Assembly (NCBI GenBank): GCA_038131935.1 | Contig: JAYPQH010000015.1 | Location: 1-36,833 of the forward strand | Source of the DNA: Alphaproteobacteria bacterium | GTDB lineage: Bacteria > Pseudomonadota > Alphaproteobacteria > UBA8317 | Reading direction: 5' to 3' | DNA length: 36,833 nucleotides | Part shown: positions 31,096-36,833 of the stretch, one piece after another | Position numbering within the stretch: the first letter of the stretch is position 1 | Layout of the letters: each line of letters opens with the position of its first letter | Program-made: the position numbers and the translations under genes | Notes under the pieces: generated by a model | What the model saw: only the letters and a program-made list of their open reading frames with translations | Database searches by the model: none | What the model was told of the DNA's origin: nothing

Positions 31096-31651
31096 ATGCA
31101 GGCAAATTCATCTTCTTCCCCCACAACATTAGATGTTCTTGTCACACGCTTGGTACGTGATAACACACCCACAAAGCTCTTTCACACGCTTCTCAACCGG
31201 TTCTTCTTTATGCAAGAATATTGACCCTCCATATTACCGTTTTTTGTATGAACGTGTCGGAAAGGATTATGACTGGGTGGAACGGCTTACGGTTTCAGAT
31301 GAAATGTTGGCCCAAATGATTCAAAAACCATCTGTGCACATTTTTGTCATGATGTTGGGTGGCGCACCTGCGGGATATTTCGAAATCGAAGAAGGAACGG
31401 ATAACGATTCCTACCTGCAATATTTTGGTTTGTTCCCACAATATACAGGTCAAGGTTTGGGACCATGGCTGCTTAATCAAGCTATCCATTCTATGGTGCA
31501 TCAAGGCGCAGAACGGATTTTTGTAGAGACTTGTGACCGTGACCATCCTAAAGCATTGATGACCTATCAGAGAGCTGGATTCCAACCCATGGGACGTGAA
31601 CATAGACAGATCACAATACCCTATCAGTATGAAGGAAACGAACATGGCTGA
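31096..31651 (+). CDS. GNAT-family N-acetyltransferase; probable frameshift in the 5' part
   Basis: YYRFLY..VG..Y.W..R, PAGYFE, YFGL.P...GQGLG (acetyl-CoA motif) and TC..DHP.A...YQ.AGF. The likely ATG at 31096 is in an adjacent frame. Confidence 0.85.
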
Positions 31652-32803
31652 AAACAAACAATATCATAATTCCACAGCCTTGGTTCACAAAGGCCGGCGC
31701 CATCTGGTTAGCAATGTTGTCAACGTACCACCTTACCGTGGGTCAACTGTTTTGTTTCCAGATACAGAAGCTCTTCAGCAAAGTGCCCAACTGACAAAAG
31801 ATGATTTCCGATATGGGCGCAAAGGCTCTCCAACCCATGTCGCATTACAAGAGCAACTATGCGCTATTTCAGGCGCTGAAGATTGCCAACTTCATCCTTC
31901 TGGTCTGGCTGCCATTTGGAATGCATTGGTATCATTCATGAAACCTGGTGGGCTGATACTTGCATGCGATAATGTCTATGGACCAGCTCGAGCTGCTCTG
32001 AAGGATATTGCAAAGAAATTTCAAGGTACTGTTATTTTTCACCCTGGTACTGAACCACCATCACGCGCTGAATTACCTACCTCCCCTTGCATTATTTACT
32101 GTGAAAGCCCTGGTTCACTTACTTTTGAAATACAAAATCTCAAGGCATGGGTTCAATTGGCCAAGGAAGTTGATGCCATCAGTATGATTGACAATACTTG
32201 GGCCACACCATTGGGCTTAGATAGTCTTGGCATAGGATTTGACGTTGATATCCAAGCATTAACGAAATATCCATCTGGTCATTCAGATGTGTTGATGGGT
32301 GCAACCTTGACCAATAGCTCACATGGACAAGTTATCACACGCCACATTCATCTTTCTGGTGTTCATGTTGGCCCAGATGATATTTATTTTGTAAGTCGTG
32401 GATTGCGAACGATGGCGTCTCGGCTGGAAACACAGACTGCCGCATCAACGAAAATAGCATCCTGGCTTCAAGATCATGAAAGCGTAGCCGCCGTGTTTCA
32501 TCCCTGTCTGACAACACATCCACAACATCATTATTACCAAGAATATTTTACCGGTGGATCAGGATTATTCTCTATTCAACTTCACCAACATCATTCCGAA
32601 GCGACCAATACATTTATTGACCGACTCGAACTATTTGGTATCGGGTATTCTTGGGGAGGGTTTGAGTCCTTAGCAATTCCTGTTTATGCCTCAACACTCG
32701 ACCATCGCTCTCAAAACAACTTCCCTGGAGACCTCATTCGTTTGCATATAGGATTGAGAATATTCAAGATCTGTGTGGTGATTTGGAACAAGCACTGTCT
32801 TAA
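31644..32803 (+). CDS. metC: Cystathionine beta-lyase; frameshift near 32757
   Basis: VNVPPYRGSTVLF, YGR.G.PT, PSGLAA, ESPGS.TFE, DNTWATP, TKY.SGHSDVLMG, IGYSWGGFESL and RLHIGL(E..DL..DLEQALS*). Confidence 0.92.
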
Positions 32804-32843
32804 TATCAACGATCACGAGGACAAGAGGAGTTCCAAAGGTAAA

Positions 32844-34106
32844 ATGGATTTGGGGCAAGCACAAAGTTTATTTGGTTTATTTGGATGGATAATCATCAGC
32901 TGGATATTGTCCGAACAAAGAAGTCTGAAGCTCTTCAGCATTGGTTTCATTGGCATAAGTTTGCAACTTGGTTTAATGGCGCTTTTCACGTGGGTACCTT
33001 GGGTTACCATTGTTGTACAAATTTTGGCTGAAGTTGTTTCAGCCCTTTACCAGGCAACCATCGCAGGTACATCTTTTGTATTTGGCTATCTTGGTGGTGG
33101 TGCCGTTCCATTTGAAGTGACCAACCCGCATGGTTTGATGGTTCTTGCATTTCAAGCACTTCCAGTTGTTTTGGTTGTATCCGCAATAACAGCAGTATTG
33201 TTCCATCTTGGCGCCATACAATGGATTGTCCTAAGTTTTTCATTTTTATTACAAAAAACATTTCGTATAAGGGGGCCAGTCGGCCTTGCGACGGCTGCAA
33301 ACATTTTTATGGGAATGGTTGAAGCCCCTATATTGGCAAAAAACTATTTATCTATGATGCAGCGAAGTGAGCTTTTTGTTGTCATGACAGCCGGAATGGC
33401 AACAATCGCGGGCACAGTACTTGTCATCTATGCGAGCATGTTGGGTAGCAGCATTGAAAATGCAGCTATGCATTTGATTATTGCATCTGTCATCAGCGCG
33501 CCTGCTGCTGTCTGTGTTGCCTTGATCATGGTTCCAAGAGGTTACATGCAAGATGATGACGCCCGACAAGAATTACTCATGAAACCTTCTACAGAAACGG
33601 TGCTAGATGCTTTGGCAAAGGGAACAGATGAAGGCCTTAGAACTTATTTAGGTATCTTAGGCATGCTGGTCGTCGTCATCTCTTTGGTATCACTGATAAA
33701 TATGATTTTCATGAGCATTCCCTTTTTTGGCACACCTGTAACCCTACAATTCTTGGTTGGTGTTGCCATGACACCTTTTTGCTGGTTGATGGGCATTCCT
33801 ACGTCAGAAATCGCTCAGGCGGGTGAACTCATGGGCATCAAAATTATTTTGAATGAATTTGTTGCCTACGCAGACCTCTCACAACTTTCCCCAGAGGCAT
33901 TATCATCAAGAAGTCAACTCATCATGACATACGCCTTATGTGGGTTTGCAAATCTGGGATCTCTTGGAATCATGGTTGGAGGATTAATTTCGTTGGCACC
34001 AGAAAAAAGACAGGAAATCCTACAACTTGCGCCCAAAAGCCTTATTTCAGGCACAATTGCTGTTATGATGACAGGCTCAGTTGTTGGTGTATTCAGTCCT
34101 TCCTAA
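32844..34106 (+). CDS. nupC: NupC/CNT-family Na+/H+ nucleoside transporter
   Basis: GTSFVFGYL, LAFQALP, ANIFMGMVEAP, GMATIAGTV, KIILNEFVAY and YALCGFANLGS. Confidence 0.9.
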   Translation: MDLGQAQSLFGLFGWIIISWILSEQRSLKLFSIGFIGISLQLGLMALFTWVPWVTIVVQILAEVVSALYQATIAGTSFVFGYLGGGAVPFEVTNPHGLMVLAFQALPVVLVVSAITAVLFHLGAIQWIVLSFSFLLQKTFRIRGPVGLATAANIFMGMVEAPILAKNYLSMMQRSELFVVMTAGMATIAGTVLVIYASMLGSSIENAAMHLIIASVISAPAAVCVALIMVPRGYMQDDDARQELLMKPSTETVLDALAKGTDEGLRTYLGILGMLVVVISLVSLINMIFMSIPFFGTPVTLQFLVGVAMTPFCWLMGIPTSEIAQAGELMGIKIILNEFVAYADLSQLSPEALSSRSQLIMTYALCGFANLGSLGIMVGGLISLAPEKRQEILQLAPKSLISGTIAVMMTGSVVGVFSPS

Positions 34107-34118
34107 CGTCCAAATAAA

Positions 34119-35066
34119 TCAAGCCCAGGGCCCCTTTTTCAATCTCTGTTTTTTTCGAGCCTGAGGGCTCCAAATCATGTTTTTTGCTGTTTGTTGCTTG
34201 GCAAGGGGCTGATGAAAATCCTCTGTCGAAGCAGTTTCTTCAGACATTTGCAACAATGCATCAATTCGATTCTGGGTGTTGGGATGGGTAGAAAAAAGGT
34301 TATCAATTTGCCCACCTACAAGCGGATTTATGATATACATATGTGCCATGGCAGGGGTATCCTCTGCAGGCTGATTGATGCGACCCTGACCATGTGCCAA
34401 ATTTTCAATTTTTTGGAGCGCTGAGGCAAGTGCACGTGGATTTCCGCATATTTTTGCGCCCAATTCATCTGCAGAATATTCTCTTGTACGGGAGATGGCC
34501 ATTTGCACAATCATGGCCGCAAAGGGCGCCAATATCATCAAGGCAAGGCCAGCTATTATATTGTTGTTCTCTCGGTGACCTGATCCAAACAAAAAGAAAA
34601 AATTTGCCATCATGGAAATGGCACCCGCAATAGTTGCTGTCATGGTCATAATGAGTGTATCTCGGTTCACCACATGGGCAATTTCATGAGCCATCACCGC
34701 TTCTTGTTCTTCTCTAGACAATGCATGCATCAACCCAGTGGTGATCGCCACGGCGGCATTTTCAGGATTTCTGCCTGTTGCAAAAGCATTGGGTTGCTCC
34801 GTGTCGATAACGTAACATTTTGGTGTTGGAATGCCAGCCCTCTGTGAGAGTTTTGCCACCATGACATTCAGCTCAGGATATTGATGATCTACCAATTTTG
34901 CATTTTGCATCCGCAACACAATTTTATCGGCGTTCCAGTATGCAAACATATTCATGACTGCGGCAAAAACAAATGCGAACAAGGCTCCAGACAGCCCTCC
35001 CATCAGCAATCCAAAACCTATGAACAAAGATGTCATCACCGCCAGAAGTAAGGATGTCTTCACCAT
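34119..35066 (-). CDS. htpX: Zinc metalloprotease HtpX (M48)
   Basis: [26 protein letters not shown] (HExxH), ISRTREY.AD and LFSTHP. Confidence 0.95.
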   Translation of the reverse strand: MVKTSLLLAVMTSLFIGFGLLMGGLSGALFAFVFAAVMNMFAYWNADKIVLRMQNAKLVDHQYPELNVMVAKLSQRAGIPTPKCYVIDTEQPNAFATGRNPENAAVAITTGLMHALSREEQEAVMAHEIAHVVNRDTLIMTMTATIAGAISMMANFFFLFGSGHRENNNIIAGLALMILAPFAAMIVQMAISRTREYSADELGAKICGNPRALASALQKIENLAHGQGRINQPAEDTPAMAHMYIINPLVGGQIDNLFSTHPNTQNRIDALLQMSEETASTEDFHQPLAKQQTAKNMIWSPQARKKQRLKKGPWA

Positions 35067-35099
35067 GTCACCTACCAGAATACATGAACTATTCCTGGG

Positions 35100-35128
35100 A
35101 TATGAGGAGTATGATGAGAAAATTCAAT
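35100..35128 (-). promoter_or_regulatory. Putative sigma-32 (RpoH) promoter of htpX
   Basis: Minus strand ATTGAA-N15-CCTCATAT resembles the CTTGAA-N13-17-CCCCATNT consensus and lies about 35 nt upstream of a known heat-shock gene. Confidence 0.55.
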
Positions 35129-35173
35129 AGCGTGTCACATCACATAAATCTGTGGTTATAAGGTGATATCCCT

Positions 35174-36833
35174 TCAGGCTACACTACCCAGCGGATGCAT
35201 TTCCAACGTCTTTCCACCCGCATGTATGAGTTGGCAATAATAATCCAACTTTGGAAATATCTGTGCAAAATAGAATTGAGCGGTTGGAACCTTAGCCAAA
35301 TTCGTATGGGTCGAGGCATAAGCCATTTCTGCCCACATCCAACCCAACGCCATGGTTCCAATAGCCTGCAACGCTGGATAAGCTACGGCACCTCGATCTG
35401 CCATATCCATCTTAGACAAAATATCAAATGCAATCTCTAAATTGGCCAATCCTTGATGGAGTAAAGGCACAAATTCCTGTGCCGGACTCTCACCATATTT
35501 ATCCATACTTCCACGTACCGTGTCAAAAAATAGCTTGGGCAATCGTCCTTCCTGGATATTGAGTTTGCGCCCCACCAAATCCATTGCCTGAATGCCATTG
35601 GTGCCTTCATAAATTTGACAAATACGAGCATCTCGAACGAATTGTTCAACACCCCATTCACGTACAAAACCATGCCCACCAAAACATTGTACGGCTAAGT
35701 TGGCAGCCTCCGACCCAATATCAGACAAATGTGCTTTCACAACAGGTGTTAAAAAGGCAACCAAATCATCCGCTTTTTGTCGTTCATCTTCACGCTCTGC
35801 ATGATGAGACAGATCGAGTTGAAGTAGGGTGAACAAACCCAAAGCACGTCCTGCCTCGACTTGAGATTTTTGCGTTAAAGCATTCGACGTACATCAGGAT
35901 GCACGATAATTGGATCAGCGTTTTTGTCCGGTTCTACAGCCCCACGCGGGCCTCTTCCTTGTACACGATCTGTTGCATACGCAAAAGCATTCTGGTGGGC
36001 TGCATCACCTTGAGACAATCCTTGCAAACCAACAAACAACCTCGCAGCATTCATCATGGTGAACATTGAACGAAGTCCTTGATGAGGAGCTCCCACAAGG
36101 TAACCTTCAGCATCATCCATGGTCATGACGCAGGTTGGCGACGCATGAATACCCATTTTTTTCTCAAGCGAAGCGCAATGGATCATGTTACGTCGACCAG
36201 GGTTGTTATGTTCATCGGGAATAAATTTGGGCACAACAAAAAGACTAATACCTTTTACACCCTCTGGTGCATCAGGAAGACGAGCCAACACCAGGTGAAT
36301 TATATTTTCTGCCAATTCGTGCTCACCAGCGGTGATAAATATTTTTGTACCATTTATGGCATAGCTGCCATCATCATTTGGCACGGCCTTTGTTCGCAAC
36401 AGAGCAAGGTCAGTACCTGCATGTGGCTCTGTTAAATGCATGGTACCTGTCCATTGCCCAGAAGCCATTTTGGGAAGATATGTTGTCTTTAATTCATCAC
36501 TCGCATGGGATTTTAACGCCATGTAGGCGGAATGCGTAAGCAACGGAAATAACGAAAAACTAATATTTGCCGCTGAAACCATCTCCATAATAGCCCCACC
36601 CAGAACATGAGGGAGCCCTTGCCCACCATCAGAGACATCAGCGGTCAAGGCAGACCATCCACCTTCGACATAAGCCTGATAAGCCTCTTGAAACCATCTG
36701 GAACAGTGACTTTGCCATCTGTGAGTGATGCACCTTGCTCATCCCCAGATTGATTGAGTGGAAAGAGAACATTTTCAATCATATCACCAGCTGCATCTAA
36801 GATGGCTTGCAACAGATCCGGAGAGAGTTCATC
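35174..36833 (-). CDS. Acyl-CoA dehydrogenase (DmdC-like, ~590-aa subfamily), 5' end beyond the window; frameshifts near 35877 and 36690
   Basis: WTGTMHLTEPHAGTDL, GTKIFITAGEH..AENIIHLVLAR, KGISLF.VPK, KMGI.ASPTC, MNAARL, PIIVHPDVRRML, QCFGGHG and IYEGTNGIQAMDL.GRK. Confidence 0.92.

Noticed and set aside
31596-34106. 836-aa MetC-NupC fusion in the ORF track
   Set aside because: A single-base indel near 32757 bypasses the metC stop. The proper MetC tail (E..QDLCGDLEQALS*) is in the adjacent frame ending at 32803, and nupC has its own ATG at 32844.
9943-36539. Numerous short antisense or overlapping ORFs in the track (e.g. 11688..12017, 13756..14088, 18942..19406, 21084..21596, 23833..24246)
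   Set aside because: They are shadows of well-supported genes, with no recognisable motifs.
15111-36833. Programmed frameshifting in tauD, BVMO, livF, phr, cfa, GNAT and the acyl-CoA dehydrogenase
   Set aside because: These are scattered single-base indels in ordinary conserved genes, many at short homopolymers. Sequencing error is the simpler explanation.
1-36833. CRISPR arrays, tRNA/rRNA, IS or integrase genes, defence systems
   Set aside because: No regularly spaced repeats, RNA-gene signatures, or transposase, recombinase or nuclease motifs were seen by eye.

Overview
The window consists of two compositionally different segments that abut at about position 8950, most likely a chimeric join. 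The left segment (1-~8949) is extremely AT-rich (by eye roughly 20-25% GC) and heavily frameshifted at homopolymers. It holds a minus-strand surface-glycan/nonulosonic-acid gene cluster in the style of streamlined marine bacteria such as SAR11 (inference). Its genes are a DegT aminotransferase, a CBS+epimerase/dehydratase, a NeuD-like acetyltransferase, a NeuA-like cytidylyltransferase, a putative transferase, an FAD oxidoreductase apparently fused to NeuB, a Rossmann-fold protein and a second, divergent NeuB. The right segment (~8950-36833) is by eye about 40-45% GC, looks alphaproteobacterial and has occasional single-base frameshifts. It begins with a catabolic island: truncated aconitase, mandelate-racemase-family enzyme, degenerate HD protein, crotonase, an orphan secreted protein, ltnD, a TauD dioxygenase, a Liv-type ABC transporter-SDR-Baeyer-Villiger monooxygenase-GrdB/PrdB-like operon with a divergent esterase, and a small 9-Cys protein. 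It continues into core-like genes: cysQ, photolyase, cfa, cysK, sseA, GNAT, metC, nupC, htpX and an acyl-CoA dehydrogenase. No rRNA, tRNA, CRISPR or mobile-element genes were recognised. Most frameshifts look like long-read indel errors, so split ORFs were merged and coordinates in the left segment are approximate.
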